Under the pieces are notes generated by a model that had not been told where the DNA came from, did not search any database, and was given only the letters and a program-made list of their open reading frames with translations. From Desulfarculus sp. (GTDB taxonomy: Bacteria; Desulfobacterota; Desulfarculia; Desulfarculales; Desulfarculaceae), in NCBI GenBank assembly GCA_016218705.1, contig JACRDC010000049.1, positions 21,660 to 85,659 of the forward strand: a stretch of DNA of 64,000 nt. Direction: 5' to 3'. Positions 27,971 to 38,486 of the stretch are shown in pieces. Both the position numbers and the translations under genes were made by a program. Position 1 is the first letter of the stretch, and every line of letters starts with the position of its first letter.

Positions 27971-28403
27971 ATGTCACCCATGGCCTGCCACGTCCACAAC
28001 CTGGAGCTGCCGGGAAGCTCTGGCACGGACATTCATGATGTCACCTCCCAGGTGCTGGCGGCGGTCGGCCAGAGCGGGGTGCGGGCGGGCTTGGTCACCG
28101 TGCACACGCCAGGCTCCACCGCCGCCGTCACCACCATCGAGCATGAGCCGGGGGTCCTGGAGGACCTGCGGGCCGCCCTGGAGCGCCTGGCTCCCCAAGG
28201 CGCCCATTACGCCCACAACGCCCGCTGGGGCGACGGCAACGGCTACGCCCACGTGCGCGCCGCCCTGTTGGGTCCCTCGCTGTCGCTGCCCATAGAAAAC
28301 GGCCGCCCGCTCCTGGGGCAGTGGCAGCAGGTCGTGGTGCTGGACCTGGACAACCGCCCCCGCCGCCGGCGGGTGGTCATCCAGGTGCTGGGGGAGCAGT
28401 GCC

Positions 28404-28414
<11 letters not shown>
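27971..28414 (+). CDS. YjbQ/UPF0047 family protein (second paralog)
   Basis: [27 protein letters not shown]. Confidence 0.88.
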
Positions 28415-29363
<949 letters not shown>

Positions 29364-29364
29364 C

Positions 29365-31014
29365 ATGCCCCAGCAGGAGCCCCCCAAGCTCAAGGCGGTG
29401 CCGCCCCGCGACCAGCGGTTTTCCTGGCCGCGCCTGACCGGCCAGTTGCCCCAGGTCCTGGAGCGGCTCAAGGACCTGGCCGGGGGCGGCCGGGGCACCC
29501 AGTGGCTGCTGGCCGGCCTGGTGGGGCTATTGCTGGCCGTGGCCATCACCCCCCATCCCTGGCGCCTTGATTCCCTGCCCCAGGTGCTGGGGGGCGCGGC
29601 CCTGGCGGCGGCCCTGCTCAGGGTGCTCTTCGTGGCCTGGTACCAGGGCCTGTCCCGGGCCGGCGGCCGGGCCGGGGCGCGCAACCTGGCCCTCTGCCTG
29701 GCCCTGGTGGTCATGGCCGCCGGCGTGAGCCGGGGCTGGGAGGTGTTCGCCGTGGCCCTCCTGGAGGGCTGGAGCGGCCCGGGGCTGGGCGCCTTGGCCT
29801 TTGCCGCCCCCTTGAGCGCCGGCCCCATATTGGGGGCCTTGCTCCTGGGACCGCAGATGGGCATGCTGGCGGCCCTGGCCGGCGGCCTGGTGGGCGCCCT
29901 GGCCTGGCCCCAGCCAGCGGGACCCATGATCTACTTTTTGGTCAGCGGGGTGGCCGCCGCCCATTACGCCGGCCGGGAGCACAGCCTCCCGGGCCTGATA
30001 AAGGCCGGCTTCCGGGGCGCCCTGGCCGGCCTGCCCGTGGTGCTGGGCCTGGCCCTGTGGCAGGGCTGGCTGATCTCCACCGACGCCCTGTGCGCGGTGC
30101 TGGCCGTGGGCCTCGGCGGAGCCTTGGGCGGGGTGCTGGCCGCCGGCCTGGCGCCCCTGGTGGAGATGCTCCTGGGCTACACCACCCACATACGCCTGAT
30201 GGAGTTGTCCAGCCTGGACCAGCCGGCCCTGCAGGAGCTGATGCTCCAGGCGCCGGGCACCTACCACCACAGCCTGGTGGTGGGCAGCCTGGTGGAGGCC
30301 GCGGCCAAGGAGATCGGCGCCGACAGCCTCCTGGCCAAGGTGGCGGCCCTGTACCACGACCTGGGCAAGATCAAGAAGAGCCCCTACTTCGTGGAGAATC
30401 AGGCCAGCGGCCCCAACCGCCACGAGAAGCTGGCCCCCTCCATGAGCGCCCTGATCCTGACCAGCCACGTCAAGGAGGGCGTGGAGATGGCCCGGCGCCA
30501 CCGCTTGGGCAAGCCCATCATAGACATCATCGCCCAGCACCACGGCACCCGGCTCATCCCCTTCTTCTACAGCAAGGCCTGCGAGGCCCGCCGCGCCCTG
30601 GGCCAGCCCGACCCCGAGCCCGAGGACTTCAGCTACCCCGGCCCCCGGCCCCAGACCCGCGAGGCCGGCCTGGTGATGCTGGCCGACACCGTGGAGGCGG
30701 CCAGCCGCAGCGTGGACAATCCCACCCCGGCCCGGCTGCAGGGGCTGGTGCAGCAGCAGATCAGCAAGATCTTCGCCGAGGGACAGCTTGACGACTGCGA
30801 GTTGACGCTCAAGGACCTGCACAAGATCGCCAAGATATTCAACACCATCCTGGGCGGCATCTTCCACCAGCGGGTGGAGTATCCCCAGGCCGAGGAAAAG
30901 CCACGGAAGCGCCATGGAGATTCTGATAAGCAACCGCCAGGCAAGCCAGCCCATAGACCTCCAGGCCCTGGAGCACAGGGTCAGGCGGGTCTTAGAAGGC
31001 TTGGCCTGCGCTGA
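29365..31014 (+). CDS. 7TM-HD (HDIG) phosphohydrolase, PgpH-like
   Basis: Multiple TM helices then APGTYHHS, YHDLGK, HHGT, YPGPRP, MLAD; phoH-HD-ybeY synteny. Confidence 0.88.
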   Translation: MPQQEPPKLKAVPPRDQRFSWPRLTGQLPQVLERLKDLAGGGRGTQWLLAGLVGLLLAVAITPHPWRLDSLPQVLGGAALAAALLRVLFVAWYQGLSRAGGRAGARNLALCLALVVMAAGVSRGWEVFAVALLEGWSGPGLGALAFAAPLSAGPILGALLLGPQMGMLAALAGGLVGALAWPQPAGPMIYFLVSGVAAAHYAGREHSLPGLIKAGFRGALAGLPVVLGLALWQGWLISTDALCAVLAVGLGGALGGVLAAGLAPLVEMLLGYTTHIRLMELSSLDQPALQELMLQAPGTYHHSLVVGSLVEAAAKEIGADSLLAKVAALYHDLGKIKKSPYFVENQASGPNRHEKLAPSMSALILTSHVKEGVEMARRHRLGKPIIDIIAQHHGTRLIPFFYSKACEARRALGQPDPEPEDFSYPGPRPQTREAGLVMLADTVEAASRSVDNPTPARLQGLVQQQISKIFAEGQLDDCELTLKDLHKIAKIFNTILGGIFHQRVEYPQAEEKPRKRHGDSDKQPPGKPAHRPPGPGAQGQAGLRRLGLR

Positions 31015-31354
31015 GGGCTGCGAGCTCTCGCTGGTCCTCACCGACGACCCGGGCATCGCGGTCTTGAACCAGGACTACCTGGGTCGCGTCGGCCCCACCA
31101 ACGTGCTGGCCTTCCCCATGGGCGAGGGCCAGTTCGCCGAGTTGAACCCGGGGCTCTTGGGCGACGTGGTGGTCAGCGTGGACACCGCCTGGCGCGAGGC
31201 CGCCGGCCACGGCCTGGACCCGGGCGAGCATTTCATGCGGCTGGTCATCCACGGCATCCTGCATCTCCTGGGCCACGACCATCTGCAAGACGAGGCCCAG
31301 GCTCTGGCCATGGAGGAGCTGACCGAGCGATTGCTCACGCAAAGCGCGGGTTGA
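30914..31354 (+). CDS. ybeY: Endoribonuclease YbeY
   Basis: PTNVLAF, LGDVVVS, HGILHLLGHDH. Confidence 0.95.
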   Translation: MEILISNRQASQPIDLQALEHRVRRVLEGLACAEGCELSLVLTDDPGIAVLNQDYLGRVGPTNVLAFPMGEGQFAELNPGLLGDVVVSVDTAWREAAGHGLDPGEHFMRLVIHGILHLLGHDHLQDEAQALAMEELTERLLTQSAG

Positions 31355-31393
31355 AAAGACCCACAACCTTCCTGTATTCTTTCTGAATGGTTC

Positions 31394-31471
31394 TAATGTA
31401 GGGGAGGGGTTCATCCCCTCCCTCTTCTGGTTAAACCAAGACGGGCGGGAGTAAACCTCGCCCCTACATTA
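31394..31471. repeat. Inverted pair of REP-like palindromes
   Basis: TAATGTAGGGGAGGGGTTCATCCCCTCCC ... CGGGCGGGAGTAAACCTCGCCCCTACATTA. Confidence 0.75.
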
Positions 31472-31562
31472 AGAAAAATCCTTGAGGCTCGCACCGCGCC
31501 CTCTGAAGAGGGACGCAGGTCCAGGGTAATTTAGGCTCAACTAAAAGATTAAGGAGCGGAGC

Positions 31563-32321
31563 ATGGCCCGCCTATCGGTAAACGTGGACCACGTGGCCAC
31601 CCTGCGCCAGGCCCGGGGCATTGACGAGCCCGACCCGGTGTGGGCGGCGGTATTGGCCGAGAAGGCCGGGGCCGACGGCATCATCGTGCACCTGCGCGAG
31701 GACCGCCGCCACATACAGGACCGCGACCTCAAGGTGCTCAGGCAGGTGGTCAAGGGCCGGCTGAACATGGAGATGGCCGCCACCGAGGAGATGCTGGGCA
31801 TCGCCGCCACCGTGGGACCAGACCTGTGCACCCTGGTGCCCGAGCGCCGCCAGGAACTGACCACCGAGGGCGGCCTGGAGGTCAAGGGCCACCTGGAGGC
31901 CGTCAAGCAGGCCGTGGCCAAACTCAACGGCGCGGGCATCCAGGTCAGCCTGTTCATTGATCCACACCCCGAGCAGGTCAAGGCCGCCCACCTGGCCGGT
32001 GCCCAGGTGGTGGAGCTGCACACCGGCACCTACGCCAACGCCGGCGACGAGGCCACCCTCAAGAAACACCTGGACGCCATCGAGGACGCCGCCCGCCTGG
32101 CCGCCCGCCTGAACATCAAGGTGGCCGCCGGCCACGGGCTCAACCTGCGCAACGTGGGGCCGCTGTTGAAGCTGCCCGAGATCGAGGAATACTCCATCGG
32201 CCATTCCATCGTGGCCCGGGCCTTGTTCGTGGGCATGGAGCAGGCGGTTGGCGAGATGCTGGCCCTGGTGCGCCAGTCGGCCGCCCCCCGGGCCGCCGAG
32301 GCCCCGCGCCGGCGCCTGTAG
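31563..32321 (+). CDS. pdxJ: Pyridoxine 5'-phosphate synthase
   Basis: LSVNVDHVATLRQAR, HLREDRRHI, ELTTEGG, ELHTG, AGHGL. Confidence 0.97.
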   Translation: MARLSVNVDHVATLRQARGIDEPDPVWAAVLAEKAGADGIIVHLREDRRHIQDRDLKVLRQVVKGRLNMEMAATEEMLGIAATVGPDLCTLVPERRQELTTEGGLEVKGHLEAVKQAVAKLNGAGIQVSLFIDPHPEQVKAAHLAGAQVVELHTGTYANAGDEATLKKHLDAIEDAARLAARLNIKVAAGHGLNLRNVGPLLKLPEIEEYSIGHSIVARALFVGMEQAVGEMLALVRQSAAPRAAEAPRRRL

Positions 32322-32333
32322 GGGCATGAGACC

Positions 32334-32708
32334 GTGATCCGGGGCCTGGGGCTGGACCTGGCGCGGGTGGCGCGGGTGCAAGAGGCCTGGCAACGCTTTG
32401 GCCAGCGCTTCCTGGAGCGCTGCTTCACCCCGGGGGAAATCGCCGCTTGTCTAAAGAGGCCCCGGCCGGCCCAGGCTTTGGCCATGCGTTTTGCCGCCAA
32501 GGAGGCCTTTGCCAAGGCCGCCGGGCTGGGCATGCGCGGCCTGGGCTGGACCGAGATCGAGGTGATTAGCGATGCCCTGGGCAAGCCCTCCCTGGCCCTG
32601 CACGGCCGCGCCCGGGCCTGGGCCGAGGGCCAGGGCGTCACGGCCTGCCACCTGAGCCTCAGCGACGACGGCGACTACGCCGCAGCGGTGGTGGTGCTGG
32701 AGGGCTGA
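32334..32708 (+). CDS. acpS: Holo-ACP synthase
   Basis: GLGLD, RFAAKEAFAKA, HLSLSDD. Confidence 0.93.
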   Translation: MIRGLGLDLARVARVQEAWQRFGQRFLERCFTPGEIAACLKRPRPAQALAMRFAAKEAFAKAAGLGMRGLGWTEIEVISDALGKPSLALHGRARAWAEGQGVTACHLSLSDDGDYAAAVVVLEG

Positions 32709-32735
32709 GCGCCACGCCCTAGCCAAGGGGGATGA

Positions 32736-32965
32736 CATGTTCCTGGCCACCGCCGAGGAAATGCGCCGGGCCGGCCCGGTGCCCGGGCTGGCAATGACGG
32801 GTCGGGTAACGCCCTGCCCAGCCTTGCGCGCTCCCGTTGGGAGGTTGCCATAGTCAAACGAGAGGGTGAAGAGTTCTCGCTTCACCTCCCGGAGAATGAA
32901 GACCTGACCATCAATCAGGGGTAAAGCCATGTTCCTGGCCACCGCCGAGGAAATGCGCCGGGCCG
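32736..32965 (+). repeat. 38-bp exact direct repeat of the nnr 5' end (32736-32773 and 32928-32965)
   Basis: CATGTTCCTGGCCACCGCCGAGGAAATGCGCCGGGCCG present twice. Confidence 0.95.
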
Positions 32966-34500
32966 ACCGCGTCACCATCGAGGAGATCGGCCTGCCTGGC
33001 ATCGTGCTCATGGAAAACGCCGCCCAGGGGGCTGCCCGGGTGCTCACCGAGGCCCTGGGCCAGGTGGAGGGCCTTGACATCGCCGCCTTCTGCGGCCGGG
33101 GCAACAACGGCGGCGACGGCCTGGCCATCTTGCGCATCCTGGCCGGGCAAGGCGCCAACTGCACGGTCTATCTCTTGGCCCGCCAGGAGGACCTCTCCGG
33201 CGACGCGGCCACCAACCTCAAGGTGGCCAAAGCCTGCGGGGTTGAGGTGGTGGAGGTGCCCGGGGAGGAGGCCTTCGCCCGCCACCAGGCGGCCATGGCC
33301 GGCCACGACGCCTACGTGGACGCCATCCTGGGCACTGGGCTCAACTCGCCGGTGACCGGCCGCCAGGCCCTGGCCATTGATCTCTTGAACACCCTGGGCC
33401 AGCCGGTGCTGGCCGTGGACATCCCCAGCGGCCTCTCCGCCGACACCGGCCAGCCCCTAGGCCTGGCGGTGAGGGCCGACTTCACGGCCACCTTCGGGCT
33501 CATCAAGATCGGCCTGGCCTGCGACCCCGGCGATTATGTGGGGCAACTTCACCTGGTGGAGATTGGCATACCCCCCCGGGTCATCGAGGGCCTGGGCTGC
33601 CAGGCCAGCCTGCTGGACCCGGCCACCGTGGCCTGGCTGTTGCCGGCCCGGCCGGCCGCCGGGCACAAGGGCACCTTTGGGCACCTCTTGGTGGTGGGCG
33701 GCAGCCTGGGCAAGTCCGGGGCGGTCTGCCTGGCCGCCCAGGGAGGCGTCAGGGCCGGGGCCGGCCTGGTCACCGCCGCCCTGCCCGAGGCCCTGAACCT
33801 GGCCGCCGAGATCAAGCTCACCGCCGCCATGAGCCAGCCCCTGCCCCAGACCAGCCAGGGCGGGCTGTCGCAGGGGGCCCTGCCGGTGCTCTTGGAGATG
33901 TGCGCCGACCGTCAGGCGGTGGTGCTGGGCCCGGGCCTGGGCCGCGAGGATGAGAGCCTGGAATTGGCCCGCCGGCTGGCCGCCCAAGTCACCACGCCCA
34001 TGGTCCTGGACGCCGACGGCCTATTGGCCCTGGCAGGGGCGTTTGCGCCTGGGGCCATGGCCGCGCCCCAGGCGGTCATCACCCCCCACCCCGGCGAGGC
34101 GGCGCGCCTCTTGGGCTGCTCCGCCGCCGAGGTGCAGGCCGACCGCCTGGCCGCCGCCCGCGCCCTGGCCGCCAGAAGCGGCGCCGTGGCGGTGCTCAAG
34201 GGCGCGCGCACGGTCATAGCCGAGCCGGGAGGCCGGGTGTGGATCAACCCCACGGGCAACGCCCTCCTGGCCAGCGGCGGCAGCGGCGACGTGCTGGCCG
34301 GGCTCATCGGCGGGCTCATGGCCCAGGGCATCGGCGGCCTGTCGGCGGCCCTGGCTGGAGTTTTTGTGCACGGCCTGGCGGCACAGATGGCCGAGGAGGA
34401 CTTTGGCTTGCGCGGCCTGGCCGCCGAGGATCTCCTGGACTACCTGCCGCCGGCCTTCGCCTCCCTGGAGGCGCCGCCTGAGCAGGAGGATCAGGAGTGA
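32929..34500 (+). CDS. nnr: Bifunctional NAD(P)H-hydrate epimerase/dehydratase
   Basis: LMENA, GRGNNGGDG, DAILGTG, VDIPSG, HKGTFG, TPHPGE, GGSGDVLAG. Confidence 0.95.
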   Translation: MFLATAEEMRRADRVTIEEIGLPGIVLMENAAQGAARVLTEALGQVEGLDIAAFCGRGNNGGDGLAILRILAGQGANCTVYLLARQEDLSGDAATNLKVAKACGVEVVEVPGEEAFARHQAAMAGHDAYVDAILGTGLNSPVTGRQALAIDLLNTLGQPVLAVDIPSGLSADTGQPLGLAVRADFTATFGLIKIGLACDPGDYVGQLHLVEIGIPPRVIEGLGCQASLLDPATVAWLLPARPAAGHKGTFGHLLVVGGSLGKSGAVCLAAQGGVRAGAGLVTAALPEALNLAAEIKLTAAMSQPLPQTSQGGLSQGALPVLLEMCADRQAVVLGPGLGREDESLELARRLAAQVTTPMVLDADGLLALAGAFAPGAMAAPQAVITPHPGEAARLLGCSAAEVQADRLAAARALAARSGAVAVLKGARTVIAEPGGRVWINPTGNALLASGGSGDVLAGLIGGLMAQGIGGLSAALAGVFVHGLAAQMAEEDFGLRGLAAEDLLDYLPPAFASLEAPPEQEDQE

Positions 34501-34528
34501 TCCCCGGCCTTGCCCAGCGGGGCCGGCC

Positions 34529-35023
34529 ATGGTAAAAGGCGCTTTCGTGGAGGCCGCGCAAGAGGCCAGGCTGGAACTGGCCCTGGCGGGGGAGGAGCAA
34601 ACCGTGGCCCTGGGGCGCGCCCTGGGCGGACTCCTCAAGGCCGGGGACGTGGTGCTGCTCATCGGCGAGTTGGGGGCGGGCAAGACCTGCCTGGCCCGGG
34701 GCCTGGCCGGGGGCCTGGGCGTGGACCCGGCTTACGTGATCCAGAGCCCCACCTTCACCCTGCTAAACGTCTACCCCGGGCGCCTGGAGTTCTTCCACGC
34801 CGACCTCTACCGCCTGGGGCCGGGGGACGCCGCCGACCTGGAGCTTCTGGAGCAGGCGGCCGGGGGCGTGCTGGCCGTGGAGTGGCCCGAGCGGGCGCCC
34901 GGCATGTGGCCAGCCACGGCGCTCAGGGTGGAACTGGGGCATGACGGCCAGGACCGGCGCCGGGCGGTCGTCAGCGGGCCGGCGGGGCTGGTTCAGCGGC
35001 TCAAGGAAATCATGAATACCTAG
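34529..35023 (+). CDS. tsaE: tRNA t6A biosynthesis ATPase TsaE
   Basis: GELGAGKT, SPTFTL, HADLYRL, VEW. Confidence 0.95.
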   Translation: MVKGAFVEAAQEARLELALAGEEQTVALGRALGGLLKAGDVVLLIGELGAGKTCLARGLAGGLGVDPAYVIQSPTFTLLNVYPGRLEFFHADLYRLGPGDAADLELLEQAAGGVLAVEWPERAPGMWPATALRVELGHDGQDRRRAVVSGPAGLVQRLKEIMNT

Positions 35024-35039
35024 CAGAGGACGATAGGCC

Positions 35040-36293
35040 ATGGCCCTGATCGTGCAAAAATACGGCGGCACCTCGGTGGGCGACATCGAGCGCATCAAGA
35101 ACGTGGCCCGCAAGGTCAAGGCCCGCGTGGACCAGGGCCACCAGTTGGTGGTGGTGCTCTCGGCCATGGCCGGGGTGACCAACTCGCTCATCGCCCTGGC
35201 GGGCGAGATATCCAGCGACCCCGACCCCCGCGAGCTGGACGTGCTCCTGACCACCGGCGAGCAGCAGTCGGTGGCCCTGTTCTGCATGGCCGCACGCGAG
35301 ATGGGCATGCCGGCCCGCTCGCTCATGGGCTTCCAGGCCGCCATCCTCACCGACCGCATGTTCGGCCGGGCGCGCATCAATTTCGTGGAGACCAGGCGCA
35401 TCCACGAGCTTCTGGACAAGGGCCGCCTGGTGGTGGTGGCCGGCTTCCAGGGCGTGGACGAGGACACCGGCGACATCACCACCCTGGGCCGGGGGGGCAG
35501 CGACACCACCGCCGTGGCCCTGGCCGCCGCCCTGCGCGCCGAGGTCTGCGAGATCTATACCGACGTGGAGGGCGTCTTCACCACCGACCCCAACGTGGAG
35601 CCCAAGGCCCGCAAGCTGGCCCAGGTTTCCTACGAGGAGATGCTGGAGATGGCCTCCCTGGGGGCCAAGGTCCTGGACATCCGCTCGGTGGCCCTGGCCG
35701 CCAAGTTCGGCGTGCGCGTGCACGTGCGCTCCACCTTCACCGACCGGGAGGGTACCATGGTCATCCCCGAGGATCATATTGACGAGAAGCTGATGGTCAG
35801 CGGCGTGGCCTACAACAAGAACGAGGCCCGCATCAAGGTGCGCGGCGTGCCCGACCAGCCGGGAGTGGCCAGCAAGCTTTTCACGCCCATCAGCCAGGCC
35901 GGCATCGTGGTGGACGTCATCATCCAGAACACCAGCGCCGACGGCATCACCGACCTGACCTTCACGGTGCCCAAGACCGACTACAAGCGTGCCCTGGAGC
36001 TGGTGCAGCAGGTGGCCCAGACCATCGGCGCCAGGGCCGTGCGCGGCGACACCGACATCGCCAAGGTTTCCATCATCGGCATCGGCATGCGCAACCACTC
36101 CGGCGTGGCCACCAAGATGTTCGAGACCCTGGCCCGCGAGAACATCAACATCCAGATGATCAACACCAGCGAGATCAAGATATCCTGCGTCATCGAGGAG
36201 AAGTACACCGAGCTGGCGGTGCGCGCCCTGCACGAGGCCTTTGGCCTGGCCCAGCAGAACGAGCCCGAGGCCGAGGAGGTTTCCCGGGTCTAG
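35040..36293 (+). CDS. lysC: Aspartate kinase
   Basis: VQKYGGTSV, TTLGRGGSDTTAVA, two ACT domains. Confidence 0.97.
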   Translation: MALIVQKYGGTSVGDIERIKNVARKVKARVDQGHQLVVVLSAMAGVTNSLIALAGEISSDPDPRELDVLLTTGEQQSVALFCMAAREMGMPARSLMGFQAAILTDRMFGRARINFVETRRIHELLDKGRLVVVAGFQGVDEDTGDITTLGRGGSDTTAVALAAALRAEVCEIYTDVEGVFTTDPNVEPKARKLAQVSYEEMLEMASLGAKVLDIRSVALAAKFGVRVHVRSTFTDREGTMVIPEDHIDEKLMVSGVAYNKNEARIKVRGVPDQPGVASKLFTPISQAGIVVDVIIQNTSADGITDLTFTVPKTDYKRALELVQQVAQTIGARAVRGDTDIAKVSIIGIGMRNHSGVATKMFETLARENINIQMINTSEIKISCVIEEKYTELAVRALHEAFGLAQQNEPEAEEVSRV

Positions 36294-36352
36294 GGCCGAG
36301 GCAGGCACCAATACGGTTGCTGATTTGGTTACATTTATTGCTGGAAACACAC

Positions 36353-36436
36353 GGGCGGGGATAAACCACGCCCCTGCATTAAGTTATTGTAATAACGTAT
36401 TTTATCTTGATGTAGGGGCGGGGTTTATCCCCGCCT
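36353..36436. repeat. Second inverted pair of REP-like palindromes
   Basis: GGGCGGGGATAAACCACGCCCCTGC ... GTAGGGGCGGGGTTTATCCCCGCCT. Confidence 0.75.
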
Positions 36437-36501
36437 GCGCTTGTCTTAAACAAGGCCCCCTGGCAAAAGGCCACATGCCTCTGGCCCTCCGTACAACCAT
36501 G

Positions 36502-36730
36502 GTGACAAAGCCCCGGCGGGGGGCTATACTTCCATTCATGAGCCTCCGCGAATCACATAGCGCCCCGGGCGCCGCCTCTAAGCCACAGCCGGCCCAGCGG
36601 GCCTCCGTGGCCGTTTCCTATATCAGCAGCCTAATTCGAATTTAACCCAGGGCCGGCGCGCAGCCGCCTTTAAGCCCTGCGTGTCCGGCCAGGTCCCCCC
36701 CAACCCAGGGGGCGGGCTGCGTTGTTTTTT
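36502..36730 (+). promoter_or_regulatory. Putative promoter, leader peptide (36538-36645) and attenuator upstream of cimA
   Basis: GTGACA-17-TATACT; short ORF ending ...YISSLIRI*; alternative stems then TTGTTTTTT. Confidence 0.55.
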
Positions 36731-36763
36731 GCCCCCATGAGGGGCCGAAAGGAGAGGCCGGAG

Positions 36764-38353
36764 ATGGCCAGCAACCAGAGCCAGCGTGTGGAGGTCTACG
36801 ACACCACCCTGCGCGACGGCACCCAGGCCGAGGGCTTGGCCCTGTCGGTGGAGGACAAACTGCGGGTGGCCCGCCAACTGGACCGCCTGGGGCTGACCTA
36901 CCTGGAGGGCGGCTGGCCGGGCAGCAACCCCCGCGACCGCGAGTTCTTCGCCGCCCTGCCCACCCTGGGCCTCAAGCGCATCCAGGTGGCGGCTTTCGGC
37001 TCCACCCACCACCCCAGCCGCACGCCACAGGACGACGCCAACCTGGCCGAGCTCCTGGCCGCCGGCACCGAGATCATCACCCTGGTGGGCAAGTCCTCCC
37101 TGCGCCACGTGCAGTCTCAGCTCCAGATCGCCCCCGAGCGCAATCTGGCCATGGCCGCCGACTCGGTGGCCTACCTGCGCCAGAAGGGCCGGCGGGTCTT
37201 CTTCGACGCCGAGCACTTCTTCGACGGCTTCAAGGAAGACCCCGAGTACACGTGCGCCGTGCTGGCGGCCGCCGCCCAGGCCGGGGCCGAGGCCCTGGTG
37301 CTCTGCGACACCAACGGCGGCTCCCTGCCCGAATTGGTGGCCCTGGCCACGGCCCGGGTAAAGGAGGCCCACCCCGGCCTGACCATCGGCATCCACACCC
37401 ACAACGACGCCGAGCTGGCCGTGGCTAACACCCTGGCCGCCGTGTCCGCCGGCGCCCGCCAGGTGCAGGGCACCCTGGGCGGCTTTGGCGAGCGCTGCGG
37501 CAACGCCAACCTGTGCTCGCTCATCCCCAACCTGCAACTCAAGCTGGGCTACCAGTGCCTGGAGCCCGCGCGCCTGCAACTGTTGAGCGAGACCGCCCGC
37601 CTGGTGCACGAGCTGGCCAACCTGCCGCCCCACCGCTTCGCGCCCTACGTGGGCAAGAGCGCCTTCTCGCACAAGGGCGGCCTGCACATCAGCGCCGTGG
37701 AGAAGGACCCCGCCCTGTACGAGCACGTCAACCCCGAGGCCGTGGGCAACGTGCGCCGCTTTCTGGTCAGCGACCTCTCGGGCCGGGCGGCCATCCTCAA
37801 CAAGGCCAAGGAGTGGGGCCTGGACCTCGGCGCCGACGACCCCGAGGTCAAGGCCATCCTGGCCAATCTCAAGGCCCGCGAGAACGAGGGCTACCAGTAC
37901 GAGGGGGCCGAGGCCAGCTTCGAGCTTCTGATGAACCGGGCCATGGGCCGCCACCAGCGCTATTTCGAGCTGGTGGGCTTCCGCGTGATGAACTTCAAGG
38001 ACGCCGAGGGCGAGCTGCCCCGGGCCGAGGCCACGGTGCGCGTGCGCGTGGGCGGCCTGGAGGAGCACACGGCGGCCATGGGCCACGGCCCGGTCAACGC
38101 CCTGGACCGCGCCATCAGAAAGGCCCTGGTGCGCTTCTTCCCGCGGCTCAACGAGGTGCGCCTGGTTGACTACAAGGTGCGCGTGCTCAGTGGCGCCGAC
38201 GGCACCGGCGCCCGGGTGCGGGTGCTCATCGAGAGTAGCGACGGCGTGAGCAGTTGGGGTACCGTGGGGGTGTCCTTCGACGTGCTGGAGGCCTCCTACC
38301 AGGCGCTGGGCGATTCCATCCGCTACAAGCTGTTCAAGGACCAGCAGGTTTAG
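36764..38353 (+). CDS. cimA: Citramalate synthase (LeuA/CimA family)
   Basis: YDTTLRDGTQAEG, EGGWPGSNP, FDAEHFFDG, HTHND, AFSHKGGLH; CimA-type signature. Confidence 0.85.
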   Translation: MASNQSQRVEVYDTTLRDGTQAEGLALSVEDKLRVARQLDRLGLTYLEGGWPGSNPRDREFFAALPTLGLKRIQVAAFGSTHHPSRTPQDDANLAELLAAGTEIITLVGKSSLRHVQSQLQIAPERNLAMAADSVAYLRQKGRRVFFDAEHFFDGFKEDPEYTCAVLAAAAQAGAEALVLCDTNGGSLPELVALATARVKEAHPGLTIGIHTHNDAELAVANTLAAVSAGARQVQGTLGGFGERCGNANLCSLIPNLQLKLGYQCLEPARLQLLSETARLVHELANLPPHRFAPYVGKSAFSHKGGLHISAVEKDPALYEHVNPEAVGNVRRFLVSDLSGRAAILNKAKEWGLDLGADDPEVKAILANLKARENEGYQYEGAEASFELLMNRAMGRHQRYFELVGFRVMNFKDAEGELPRAEATVRVRVGGLEEHTAAMGHGPVNALDRAIRKALVRFFPRLNEVRLVDYKVRVLSGADGTGARVRVLIESSDGVSSWGTVGVSFDVLEASYQALGDSIRYKLFKDQQV

Positions 38354-38486
38354 GCTCCAAGTCTGCTTGCAATATATCAAATAGCTGATGTAAATTGCAA
38401 AAGACCATTACATCCAAACCGTTGTGACGGTGTAATCGAAGACAATAACTAAATAGGTAACTGGATAGCGAAAAAAGGGGCGAAAC

